Below are positions 30,230 through 40,255 of a stretch of DNA of 44,612 nucleotides, piece after piece. The stretch lies in assembly GCA_028571885.1 (NCBI GenBank), contig JAPVVU010000001.1:1-44612 (forward strand), written 5' to 3'. The notes beneath the pieces are model-generated. The model saw only the letters and a list, made by a program, of their open reading frames with translations. It was not told the DNA's origin and did no database searches. Every line of letters starts with the position of its first letter. Within the stretch, counting starts at the first letter, position 1. The position numbers and the translations under genes were made by a program. This DNA is from Gammaproteobacteria bacterium (GTDB taxonomy: Bacteria > Pseudomonadota > Gammaproteobacteria > GRL18).

Positions 30230-31705
30230 CTAATTTCTTTGCGTAATATGCAGAGCATTACCTGAAACGGCCAATGATGCCTCATGAAAAGCTTCTGAGA
30301 ATGTGGGATGAGCAAACATTGTAAGTGCAATATCTTCTGAACTTGCACCAAATTCCATCGCAATAACGGCCTGGGCTATTAACTCAGAAGCATGAGAACC
30401 CAATATGTGAACACCTAAAATTTTATCAGTTTTTGAATCTGAAACTATTTTAACAAACCCTTTTGTCTCATTGACTGCTTGAGCACGACCACTGGCTGAA
30501 AAAGGAAATGTGCCGACATTATATTCAATGCCTGAAGCTTTTAAAGTTTGTTCTGATTTGCCAACCCATGCTAATTCAGGGTGAGTGTAGATAACCGATG
30601 GAATTAACTCATAATTAACAGATCTATAATTTCCTGCAATGTGTTCTGCAACCATTAGACCTTCTTCTGAGCCTTTATGTGCCAGCATAGGACCTCTAAC
30701 CGTATCACCAATTGCATAAATCCCGGGCAGCGAGGTTTCACACTTGTCATTGACATGGATTAAGCCGCCTTCATCCATAACTAAATCAGTTTCATCATTA
30801 AAAAGCCCTTCGCTGTTGGGATGCCGACCAACAGCAATAATTAATTTATCGAATACTTCGTGATGTTCTCCATCAGAGTCCGTAAATTTAACGTGCACGG
30901 CATTGTTTTTTGCTTTTGCTTTGAGTAAACGGGCATTAAGTTTGATATCCAATCCTTGATTTATAAATAACTTAAAGCTCTCTTTAGCAATAAATTCATC
31001 AGCAAAAGGAAGAAATGTATCTTGTGCTTCAAAAATTTTGACCTCGGCGCCTAGACGCTTCCAGACACTACCCAATTCAAGTCCTATGACACCTGAGCCG
31101 ATAATGCCGAGCTTTTTGGGGACTTTGTCAAATGCCAGTGCCCCCGTAGAATCAACAATGCATTCATCATCAATGGGCGCTATGGACAAGTTAACAGGGG
31201 ATGAACCTGTGGCAATAATAATGTTATTAGTATTTAACTGCTGTATATCTTTATTATGAAGTTGGATTACAACAACTTTTTTAAATTCGTCATGGTTTTT
31301 TTTATGACCTGGGGATTCACTTTTTGAATTTTCAATAGTGGCATTACCTTGAATCCAATCAATTTTATTTGATTTGAACAGTGATTCAATACCCAGGGTT
31401 AAGGTATTAACCACATTGTCTTTTCTTTCCATCATCTGTTTTAAATTAAGTGATACTGAATCAGTGAGAATACCGTGCTGTGCCAGTGAACTTTCACTTT
31501 GTTTATAAAGCTCAGATGATTCAAGCAGTGCCTTAGAAGGAATACAGCCAGCATTGAGACAAGTACCGCCGAGTTTTGGATTATTATTTTCATCAAGCCA
31601 ATTATCGATACAGGCAGTTTTTAATCCTAATTGTGCACAACGAATTGCAGCGACATAACCTGCAGGTCCTGCACCAATAACCACAACGTCATAATTTTTT
31701 TTCAT
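30230..31705 (-). CDS. lpdA: Dihydrolipoyl dehydrogenase (E3)
   Basis: GAGPAG, GGTCLNAGCIPSK, GSGVIG, AHPTFSE. Confidence 0.97.
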   Translation of the reverse strand: MKKNYDVVVIGAGPAGYVAAIRCAQLGLKTACIDNWLDENNNPKLGGTCLNAGCIPSKALLESSELYKQSESSLAQHGILTDSVSLNLKQMMERKDNVVNTLTLGIESLFKSNKIDWIQGNATIENSKSESPGHKKNHDEFKKVVVIQLHNKDIQQLNTNNIIIATGSSPVNLSIAPIDDECIVDSTGALAFDKVPKKLGIIGSGVIGLELGSVWKRLGAEVKIFEAQDTFLPFADEFIAKESFKLFINQGLDIKLNARLLKAKAKNNAVHVKFTDSDGEHHEVFDKLIIAVGRHPNSEGLFNDETDLVMDEGGLIHVNDKCETSLPGIYAIGDTVRGPMLAHKGSEEGLMVAEHIAGNYRSVNYELIPSVIYTHPELAWVGKSEQTLKASGIEYNVGTFPFSASGRAQAVNETKGFVKIVSDSKTDKILGVHILGSHASELIAQAVIAMEFGASSEDIALTMFAHPTFSEAFHEASLAVSGNALHITQRN

Positions 31706-31800
31706 TTTGTTTGCCTGTATTTTTAAAGAGGCTTATTTGTTTTCAACACTTTTCTTTTCAATACTAATTGCTGATAATTTAACAGTTAATGCTTATGCTG

Positions 31801-33051
31801 CTATATCTCTAGTAATAAGCGGGAAGGATCTTCAATAAAATTCTTGATGGTCACTAAAAACTGTACTGCTTCACGACCATCAATTATTCTATGATCATAA
31901 GAAAGCGCAAGATACATAACGGGTCTAATGACAATTTCGCCATTCTCAACCACGGGTCGTTCCTGAATTTTATGCATACCTAAAATAGCACTTTGTGGTG
32001 GATTGAGTATTGGTGTCGATAAGAGTGAACCAAATACACCGCCATTAGTGATTGAGAATGATCCACCAGTTATTTCATCAAGACTCAGCTGGTTATCTCT
32101 GGCTTTTATTGCCAGGGTTTTAATTGCCTGTTCAATACCGGCCATTGATAAGAACTCAGCATTTTTTAATACAGGTACCACCAGTCCTCTTGGAGAAGAA
32201 ACTGCAACGCCAATATCAAAATAGCTATGATAGACAATATCATTGCCATCTATAGACGCATTCACTTCAGGAAATTGCTTGAGGGCTTCTACGGTGGCTT
32301 TAACAAAAAAAGACATAAAACCTAATTTAATATCATGTGTTTTCTCAAAAAGATCTTTATAACGTTTACGCAAATCCATAACAGGCTGCATATTCACTTC
32401 ATTGAAGGTTGTTAATATGGCTGCATTTTGTTGGGCATCTAACAATCTCTGAGCAATTCTGGCCCGTAATCTTGTCATTGGCACACGTCGGTCTTCACGG
32501 AAGTCGTTTGCAGGAAGAGGGGATGACGATGAAATGTCTGAGTTAATTATACTCGTTTCAGGTTTAGACGTTATTACCTTCTTTGAACCTGATTCAACTA
32601 ATTTCAACACATCTTCTTTTAAGACTCGTCCATCTTTTCCTGAGCCGACTACCTGAGAAGCACTGACATTATTTTCCATCATCATTTTCTTTGCGGCAGG
32701 TGAAATAACCGGGTGATCATTTACCTGCCCATCTACCGGAGTGGATTCTGATTCATTGCTTTGCTGTACCTGTATGGCGGTGTCCGCACTGCTTTCATCT
32801 GACTCAATAATAACCCCTAATAGTTGTTGCCCAATAACAGTTGAACCATCAGGCTCGATTATCTCTTTTAAAACACCTGAAACGGGTGATGGCACTTCCA
32901 AAACAACCTTATCTGTTTCAATATCTACAATGGGATCATCACGTTCAATAAAGTCACCAGCCTGTTTATACCAGCTGATAACTACTGCATCAGAAACAGA
33001 TTCCGGAAGAACCGGCACTTTTATTTCATGTGACTGACTGGCATTGCTCAT
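31801..33051 (-). CDS. sucB: 2-oxoglutarate dehydrogenase E2 (dihydrolipoamide succinyltransferase)
   Basis: [14 protein letters not shown] lipoyl site, [16 protein letters not shown]. Confidence 0.97.
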   Translation of the reverse strand: MSNASQSHEIKVPVLPESVSDAVVISWYKQAGDFIERDDPIVDIETDKVVLEVPSPVSGVLKEIIEPDGSTVIGQQLLGVIIESDESSADTAIQVQQSNESESTPVDGQVNDHPVISPAAKKMMMENNVSASQVVGSGKDGRVLKEDVLKLVESGSKKVITSKPETSIINSDISSSSPLPANDFREDRRVPMTRLRARIAQRLLDAQQNAAILTTFNEVNMQPVMDLRKRYKDLFEKTHDIKLGFMSFFVKATVEALKQFPEVNASIDGNDIVYHSYFDIGVAVSSPRGLVVPVLKNAEFLSMAGIEQAIKTLAIKARDNQLSLDEITGGSFSITNGGVFGSLLSTPILNPPQSAILGMHKIQERPVVENGEIVIRPVMYLALSYDHRIIDGREAVQFLVTIKNFIEDPSRLLLEI

Positions 33052-33066
33052 AATGATATATTCTCC

Positions 33067-36015
33067 TTATGCGGGTTCTTCATTGTCGATCCCTAATGCT
33101 TGATTCACTAATTTTTTTTGTTGTGCAACATGAATTCGTGCAATACCTACTGCGGGTGCTGCTGAAGCCTCTCTACCGGCATAAATTAATGGCTGAAAAT
33201 TATTTAACTGTTTGTTTTTCGATGACTTAATTTTAGATGCATGGTCCTGGAATAATGCCTCAAGATGATGTCGTATGCTATACCATGCCCCCTGATTTCC
33301 AGGCTCTTCCTGACACCAGACAACTTTAACCGCACTTGTATACTGGTTAATTATTTCCTGGAGTTCTTTTTCAGGAAAAGGGTAGAGTTGTTCAACGCGT
33401 ATAATGGCAATATGGTTTAATTGATTTTGTTGTTTTGAGTCATGTAAGTCATAATAAACTTTACCGCTGCATAAAACGATGCGAGTAATGCTCTTTAAAG
33501 GTAAAGATGAATTAGAATTAGATGACTGTAGTGATAGAATATCCACATCATCAATCACGCGTTGAAATGTGCCTGTTGAAATTTCTTCAAGTGTGCTTAC
33601 AGCGGATTTATGACGCAATAAACTTTTAGGACTCATACAAATGAGCGGCTTTCGTGTTTTTTGCAACATCTGCCGTCTGAGCATGTGAAATACCTGAGCA
33701 GGTGTTGTCGGCACACAAACCTGCATATTGTTTTGCGCACATAATTGTAAAAAGCGCTCCAGTCTTGCAGAAGAATGTTCAGCTCCCTGGCCTTCATAAC
33801 CGTGTGGTAATAACATAACAAGCCCGCAAAGACGTTGCCACTTTTGTTCTCCTGCACTTATAAACTGGTCAATAACGACCTGTGCATTGTTAGCAAAATC
33901 ACCAAATTGAGCTTCCCATATGACCAGTGTTTCAGGATCTGTAGAGGCATAACCATATTCAAAAGCCAAAACGGCTTCTTCAGAAAGTAATGAATCAATG
34001 ACCAGGAAACTACCTAGCTTATCACTGAGATCATCCTGCATATTTCTCAGCGGCACATATGCTTCTTTTTTTAACTGATTATGCCAGACAACGTGGCGAT
34101 GAAAAAAAGTACCCCTGCCGCTGTCCTGACCCGATAAACGAATATTATAGCCGTCATTAATCAGCGCGGCATAGGCTAATGTTTCTGCATAGCCCCAGTC
34201 TAAAGGCAGTGCTCCCGCTGTCATTTTATGACGATCACAAACGATTTTTTCTACCCGTGCATGACGTTCAAATCCTTCGGGCAATTGCTCCAGTTGATCC
34301 ATTAAAAATTTAATTTTAGGCAAATTTATTGCGGTTTTGACAGGCTGGTTTAAATCATTACCTATATATTTTTTCCAGTGAAAAGCAATGGAATCATCAA
34401 TCACTATATTAATATTTGGTGCCACACATTGACCCGCTTCTATGTTGCTTCGATATTCTGTTCTGAGGTGTTCAGATTCCTCCAGGGTATAAATTTCAGC
34501 ATCACTTATTTGTTGAATATATATTTCTCTTGTTGTGGGCAACGCTTTGATAATTTTGTACATCATAGGTTGGGTGGCAGAAGGTTCATCAGCTTCATTA
34601 TGACCATGACGACGATAACAAACCATGTCAATTACCACATCTTTCTTAAATTTCATGCGATAATCTAATGCCAGTTTAGCAATAAAAACAACGGCCTCAG
34701 GATCATCGCCATTGACATGAAAAATGGGTGCATTAATCATTTTTGACACTTCTGTGCAATATTGGGTTGAGCGAACATCCCTGACATTACTGGTGGTAAA
34801 TCCAATCTGATTATTAATAACAATATGAATGGTGCCTTTAGTCGAAAAACCTCTGGATTGTGACATTTGAAAAGTTTCCATGACAACACCCTGGCCTGAA
34901 AAAGCCGCATCACCATGGACTTGAATGGGAATAATCTGATCACCTGTCTGATCAAAGCGACGTACCTGGCGGGCGCGTACCGAACCTTCAACCACGGGAG
35001 AGACTATTTCAAGGTGTGACGGATTAAATGCAAGTGTTAAATGCATCGAAGATTGAGGGGTTAAAATATTAGATGAAAACCCCATGTGATATTTCACATC
35101 CCCCGTATACTCGCCATTTTCTTTTTTACCTTCAAATTCATCAAACAGTTCGCCTGGTGTTTTGCCAAGAATATTAACCAGTACGTTCAAACGTCCACGG
35201 TGCGCCATACCAATCACTGTTTCTTTAATACCATATAATGCTGATGACTGAACGAGTTCATCAAGCAAGGGGATAAGGGACTCAGCGCCTTCAAGTGAAA
35301 AGCGTTTCTGACCTACGTAACGAGTATGCAGGTATCTTTCCAGGCCTTCAGCGGCAGTTAAGCGGCGTAAAATACGCTGACGGGCTTTATAATGAAGTGT
35401 TGGAATACTGATGACACTCTCAAGTTTATTCTGTACCCAGCGTTTTTCGGTGGTTTCATTCATGTGCATGTACTCAGCACCGATGCTATGGCAATATGTT
35501 TGTTGTAAAATACGTAATATTTTCTTCAGACTGGCCCGGTCATCTGTATTTAAAGAACCCGTATCAAATTCTAATTTAAGATCAGCTTCAGATAATTGAT
35601 GGTATTGAAGCGTAAGTTCGGGAATATTTGTAGTATTTTCAGTGTACAAAGGGTTCAGGTTAGCTTTGAAATGACCTAATATTCTATATGAATTAATAAG
35701 CTGCAGCACTCGAACCTGCTTGCGTTCGTAACCTATGTCAATATGTTGTGATTTATTTTTCTCTGAAGTGCTTAGGTCTTGCTGAGGACATTTTTTTTGT
35801 TTTAATGCCAATTGCTTAAAGTGTCGGCGAATATCTGCATGAGACACCTCTTTTTGAGTGTCCTGTAGTTCGTTTAAAGCATCAAATTGTTGCCGCCATT
35901 GAGGTTTAATTGCCTCAGGATTTTCAAGATATGTCTCATACATCGATTCAAGCCAGGAAGCATTGGCAACATCCAGCCAGGCGCTTTCTTGTGTGCTTTT
36001 CATATCATCAGGCAT
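33067..36015 (-). CDS. sucA: 2-oxoglutarate dehydrogenase E1
   Basis: KRFSLEG, GMAHRGRLN, HGDAAFSGQG, YRRHGHNE, WEAQFGDF. Confidence 0.98.
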   Translation of the reverse strand: MPDDMKSTQESAWLDVANASWLESMYETYLENPEAIKPQWRQQFDALNELQDTQKEVSHADIRRHFKQLALKQKKCPQQDLSTSEKNKSQHIDIGYERKQVRVLQLINSYRILGHFKANLNPLYTENTTNIPELTLQYHQLSEADLKLEFDTGSLNTDDRASLKKILRILQQTYCHSIGAEYMHMNETTEKRWVQNKLESVISIPTLHYKARQRILRRLTAAEGLERYLHTRYVGQKRFSLEGAESLIPLLDELVQSSALYGIKETVIGMAHRGRLNVLVNILGKTPGELFDEFEGKKENGEYTGDVKYHMGFSSNILTPQSSMHLTLAFNPSHLEIVSPVVEGSVRARQVRRFDQTGDQIIPIQVHGDAAFSGQGVVMETFQMSQSRGFSTKGTIHIVINNQIGFTTSNVRDVRSTQYCTEVSKMINAPIFHVNGDDPEAVVFIAKLALDYRMKFKKDVVIDMVCYRRHGHNEADEPSATQPMMYKIIKALPTTREIYIQQISDAEIYTLEESEHLRTEYRSNIEAGQCVAPNINIVIDDSIAFHWKKYIGNDLNQPVKTAINLPKIKFLMDQLEQLPEGFERHARVEKIVCDRHKMTAGALPLDWGYAETLAYAALINDGYNIRLSGQDSGRGTFFHRHVVWHNQLKKEAYVPLRNMQDDLSDKLGSFLVIDSLLSEEAVLAFEYGYASTDPETLVIWEAQFGDFANNAQVVIDQFISAGEQKWQRLCGLVMLLPHGYEGQGAEHSSARLERFLQLCAQNNMQVCVPTTPAQVFHMLRRQMLQKTRKPLICMSPKSLLRHKSAVSTLEEISTGTFQRVIDDVDILSLQSSNSNSSLPLKSITRIVLCSGKVYYDLHDSKQQNQLNHIAIIRVEQLYPFPEKELQEIINQYTSAVKVVWCQEEPGNQGAWYSIRHHLEALFQDHASKIKSSKNKQLNNFQPLIYAGREASAAPAVGIARIHVAQQKKLVNQALGIDNEEPA

Positions 36016-36206
36016 ATATGAACTCTTGGTAATTATTTCTGTAATATTTTAAATAATAGTCACTATTTGAAACTTTTCACAAAAATGACCAAAAAAAACA
36101 AGCTTTCTGCTATTTTTTTCTTGTATCCTGCTAAAAGTGATACCATATCTAGTTTGGCCCTGCCTTAAAAACATTATAAATAAAATAATTTGGAGTTCTG
36201 TCTGGA

Positions 36207-39200
36207 ATGACTGTTGCAGCTGATACGAATACTATAGATAACACTACAAACCACACAACTAATTCACTTTTATCTGAAGCAGCAATGTGTCATGAATCAT
36301 TTGAATGGATCCGCAGTGAAAAAATTGAATCACTGGATATCATTGTTAACCAGTTCCAGCATAAAAAAACCGGGGCTCTGCATTACCATATTGCCGCAGA
36401 TAATGATGAAAATGTTTTTCTGGTCGCTTTACGTACAATTCCTACTGACTCAACGGGTGTAGCACATATACTTGAACACACTGCTTTGTGCGGCAGCAAG
36501 AAGTATCCTGTTAGAGACCCATTTTTCATGATGGTTCGGCGTTCTTTAAATACTTTCATGAATGCTTTTACCAGTAGTGACTGGACAGCTTACCCCTTTG
36601 CGAGTCAAAACAGGAAAGATTTCAATAATCTGCTTGATGTTTATCTTGATGCCGTTTTCTTCTCTACATTAGATGAACTGGATTTTGCTCAGGAAGGGCA
36701 TCGTCTTGAATTTGAACAACCAGAAGATGCTAATTCTGAGCTGCAATTCAAAGGCGTTGTTTTTAATGAAATGAAAGGTGCCATGTCCTCAACGGTGAGT
36801 TCATTATGGCAAACGGTCAGTAAATACCTCTTTCCTACAACTACATATCACTTTAACAGTGGCGGGGAACCTACTGATATCCCTGATTTAAGCTATGAAC
36901 AATTGAAAGATTTTTATAAAATTCATTATCACCCGAGTAATGCTGTTTTTATGACTTTTGGAGATATTCCCGCCCATATTCATCAGGAAAAATTTGAAAA
37001 GCAGGTTTTGTCACATTTTCAGCGCCTTGATCGGACTATTCAAGTTAATAATGAAAAACGTTATTTTTCACAACTTAACATTGAGGAAAGTTACCCGCTT
37101 GATGCAGAAGAAGATCAGAACAACAAAACGCATCTGGTTATGGGCTGGCTTTTGGGACAGAGTATCAATCTGGAAGAACAGCTGGAAGCACAATTTTTAT
37201 CCAGTTTACTCTTAGAAAATTCCGCTTCGCCACTCATGCTGGCACTGGAAACAACAGATCTGGGTAATTCACCATCACCCTTATGCGGACTTGAAGATTC
37301 TAATAAAGAAATGAGCTTCATTTGCGGCCTGGAAGGCTCAACACCTGAAAATGCACAGGCGCTCGAGGCGTTGGTTTTAAGTGTTCTACAGGATGTTGCT
37401 GAAAATGGCATTGAAAAAGAGCATATTGATGCTGTTTTACATCAATTAGAATTAAGTCAGCGAGAGATTGGCGGCGATCACTACCCATTTGGTCTGCAAT
37501 TAATTTTATCTGGCTTATCGACAGCCATTCATCGTGGTGATGTCATCAAGCACATGAATCTTGACCCTGCATTGCAAACATTGCGTGATAAAGCAAAGAA
37601 CCCTGAATATGTTAAAAATCTTGTCACTACACAATTGCTTAACAATCCTCACCGGATAAGAGTCACATTTAAACCTGATGACAAGTTAGAGCAACGACGT
37701 AATGAAGCAGAAAAGGCTCACTTAGCCAGTATCAAAGCCGCTATGACTCAAAATGAGCAGGAAAATCTGATTAATTTTGCTGCAAAGCTGGCTGAAAGAC
37801 AAAACCAGATTGAAACGGGCATTGATGAAATCCTGCCCAAGGTAACCATTGAAGATGTACCTGAAACAATAAAAATACCTCAAAATCATGAACAAATTTA
37901 TAAGGAAGAGCAATCTGAATTAAAAATTTCACATTTTAATCAGGGTACCAATGGGCTTGTCTACCAGCAGTTAATCCTTGATATGCCTGAATTAACAGAA
38001 GAAGAACGACAGTATCTGCCTTTATTTAATTATTGTTTTGGTGAGTTAGGCTGTGGTGAAAGCGATTATTTGCAGATGCAAATCCGCCAGTCTCAAATTT
38101 CAGGGGGTATTCATGCCAGTAGTAGTCTGCGTGGTAAAATAGATGATGAGCAACAGGTTCAGGGTTTTTATACCGTGTCAGGTAAATCCTTATTGAGAAA
38201 TCATCATGCCATGACGCAGCTGCTTAAACAATCATTTCAGGAAATGCGTTTTGATGAAACGGATCGCATTAAAGAACTTATTTCTCAATTGAGAACGCGA
38301 AAAGAAAACAGCATTACAGGAAGTGGTCATTCCCTGGCAATGCAGGCTGCCTCAAGTGGTATGAGTCCGGTAGCGCACCTGAATCACAAAAATAGCGGAC
38401 TCGCCAGTATAGCCTTTATTAAGGATTTGGACTCTGGCTTACAAGATGGCTTACAAGATGAGTCGCAAGATGACTTACACAAAGACGATGCAATTTCTAA
38501 ATTGACACAAATACTAACGAATATACACGATAAATTGAAACAAGCGCCTGCTCAGTTCTTATTGGTCTGCGAAGAAGAGGCTTATCAGTCATGTTGTGAT
38601 GATATTCTACAGAACTGGGATACTGTCAGCCTGAACAAAAAGGATGCTGATGCCTCTGATGTATTAAACTTAGCCCATATTAAAGAACATGTTAAACAGG
38701 CCTGGTTAACGAGCACTCAGGTTAACTTTTGTGCAAAAACTTATGCCACTGTGCCTGTTGGTCATCCTGATGCCGCCCCATTAACCATCCTTGGCGGCTT
38801 TTTAAGAAATGGATTTTTACACCGTTGCATCCGAGAGCAGGGCGGTGCCTATGGTGGTGGTGCCTCTCAGGATTCTGCTAATGCCTGTTTCAAGTTTTTT
38901 TCTTATCGTGATCCCAGATTATCAGATACATTCAATGATTTTGAACAATCAATTCAGTGGTTACTTGAGACACCACATGAATACCAGGCATTAGAAGAAG
39001 CAATTTTAGGCGTGATCAGTAGTCTTGATAAGCCGGCTTCCCCGGCGGGTGATGCCAAACAGGCTTTTCACAATAATTTGTTTGGCCGTAGTGCAGACCA
39101 AAGACAGAAATTCAGACAGGAAATACTTGCAGTGACTGTTGATGATCTTATTCGAGTTGCAAAATGTTATTTAACTGTCCAGGAAAATAGTATGGCGGTC

Positions 39201-39266
39201 ATCAGTAATCATGAACACGAGAAAGAATGTGCTGCACTGGGATTAGACATTATCAATCTTACTTAA
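36207..39266 (+). CDS. M16C insulinase-family metallopeptidase (presequence protease-like)
   Basis: HILEH inverted zinc motif, VRDPFF, FMNAFT, GVVFNEMKG, IREQGGAYG, SYRDP. Confidence 0.93.
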   Translation: MTVAADTNTIDNTTNHTTNSLLSEAAMCHESFEWIRSEKIESLDIIVNQFQHKKTGALHYHIAADNDENVFLVALRTIPTDSTGVAHILEHTALCGSKKYPVRDPFFMMVRRSLNTFMNAFTSSDWTAYPFASQNRKDFNNLLDVYLDAVFFSTLDELDFAQEGHRLEFEQPEDANSELQFKGVVFNEMKGAMSSTVSSLWQTVSKYLFPTTTYHFNSGGEPTDIPDLSYEQLKDFYKIHYHPSNAVFMTFGDIPAHIHQEKFEKQVLSHFQRLDRTIQVNNEKRYFSQLNIEESYPLDAEEDQNNKTHLVMGWLLGQSINLEEQLEAQFLSSLLLENSASPLMLALETTDLGNSPSPLCGLEDSNKEMSFICGLEGSTPENAQALEALVLSVLQDVAENGIEKEHIDAVLHQLELSQREIGGDHYPFGLQLILSGLSTAIHRGDVIKHMNLDPALQTLRDKAKNPEYVKNLVTTQLLNNPHRIRVTFKPDDKLEQRRNEAEKAHLASIKAAMTQNEQENLINFAAKLAERQNQIETGIDEILPKVTIEDVPETIKIPQNHEQIYKEEQSELKISHFNQGTNGLVYQQLILDMPELTEEERQYLPLFNYCFGELGCGESDYLQMQIRQSQISGGIHASSSLRGKIDDEQQVQGFYTVSGKSLLRNHHAMTQLLKQSFQEMRFDETDRIKELISQLRTRKENSITGSGHSLAMQAASSGMSPVAHLNHKNSGLASIAFIKDLDSGLQDGLQDESQDDLHKDDAISKLTQILTNIHDKLKQAPAQFLLVCEEEAYQSCCDDILQNWDTVSLNKKDADASDVLNLAHIKEHVKQAWLTSTQVNFCAKTYATVPVGHPDAAPLTILGGFLRNGFLHRCIREQGGAYGGGASQDSANACFKFFSYRDPRLSDTFNDFEQSIQWLLETPHEYQALEEAILGVISSLDKPASPAGDAKQAFHNNLFGRSADQRQKFRQEILAVTVDDLIRVAKCYLTVQENSMAVISNHEHEKECAALGLDIINLT

Positions 39267-39273
39267 ATTAGTC

Positions 39274-39422
39274 GTAACTACTTACCATGATAAATACAAA
39301 GGGCTGTGGTTGCTTGTTTTTAAGGCTTTGTACTGTTTGAGCGCAGCGAGTTTTCAAAGTCTTAAAAACGAGTGACCATAGACCTGCAATGGTTATGATT
39401 TGTAAATACGCTGAATAGTTAC
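39274..39422. mobile_element. 149-bp MITE-like element
   Basis: Terminal IRs GTAACTACTTA / TGAATAGTTAC; flanking 8-bp near-duplication AATTAGTC / AATTAATC; internal 27-bp hairpin; second end-copy at 1727-1744. Confidence 0.7.
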
Positions 39423-39471
39423 AATTAATCTTACTTATAAACAACTTAGTTAACTGGGACTAATACTGTTA

Positions 39472-40158
39472 ATGACACAAACATTTAAAGAAGCCTTTTA
39501 TTTTTTTCGAATAAATCTTTTAAAATTATTAGCTTATACATTTTCTATCGGTATTTTGGTAATTTTATTAGCACAAATACTCGTGCCGTTTTTTTTTGGC
39601 GGTATGGCCGCTGAAGAAATAAGTCCGGAAACTATCAGGCCTTTTGCGCAAATAATGAATTTACTCATACAACCTATTTATACTGGCGGACTGATTGCAT
39701 TAATTTTTAGCCTGGCAACAGAACAGGGGAGAGGTATTCTTAATTGTTTACTGGCAGGTATCAAGCGCTGGCCATACATGCTGTTGGCTAATGTTATCAC
39801 TACATTTTTGATTTTTTGTGGTTTTGTTTTGTTTGTTTTGCCTGGAATCTGGTTATTTACCCGATTATTTTTAGTGCCCTATCTGGTTATGTTAAAAAAT
39901 CAAACACCTTTTGAAGCCATAGCAAATAGTTATCGTTATACTAAAGGGTATAGCATGACAATTTTGATTGATATTGTCTTATTAATTATTATTTCTTTTG
40001 TTTTTCTGCTCATTTTAAGTTTTTTACAGCTGGCACATCCTATCCTGTTACTTTTATTCTTACTGCTGTTTCAAAGCATGGCTTATGTTATTTATTATCG
40101 CCATTATGAAATTTTGTTAGCAACGCAGTTAAAAATAATAGAAAATGAGGAAGTCTAG
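39472..40158 (+). CDS. Integral membrane protein (YciC-like)
   Basis: Multiple TM helices; GFVLFVLPGIWLFTRL and PFEAIANSYRYTKG signature. Confidence 0.65.
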   Translation: MTQTFKEAFYFFRINLLKLLAYTFSIGILVILLAQILVPFFFGGMAAEEISPETIRPFAQIMNLLIQPIYTGGLIALIFSLATEQGRGILNCLLAGIKRWPYMLLANVITTFLIFCGFVLFVLPGIWLFTRLFLVPYLVMLKNQTPFEAIANSYRYTKGYSMTILIDIVLLIIISFVFLLILSFLQLAHPILLLLFLLLFQSMAYVIYYRHYEILLATQLKIIENEEV

Positions 40159-40255
40159 TATATAAATTATGTGGACATATCATATATTTAAGCTATATTT
40201 ACAAAAAGCCGTTTACTAAAAATAAGTAATAAAAAAGTTATAAATTCAAAAATAT

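Noticed and set aside
39267-39426. GTAAC...GTTAC ends as an integron attC site
   Set aside because: Ends do not fit RYYYAAC / GTTRRRY, there is no integrase or cassette array, and the flanking 8-bp duplication favours a MITE.
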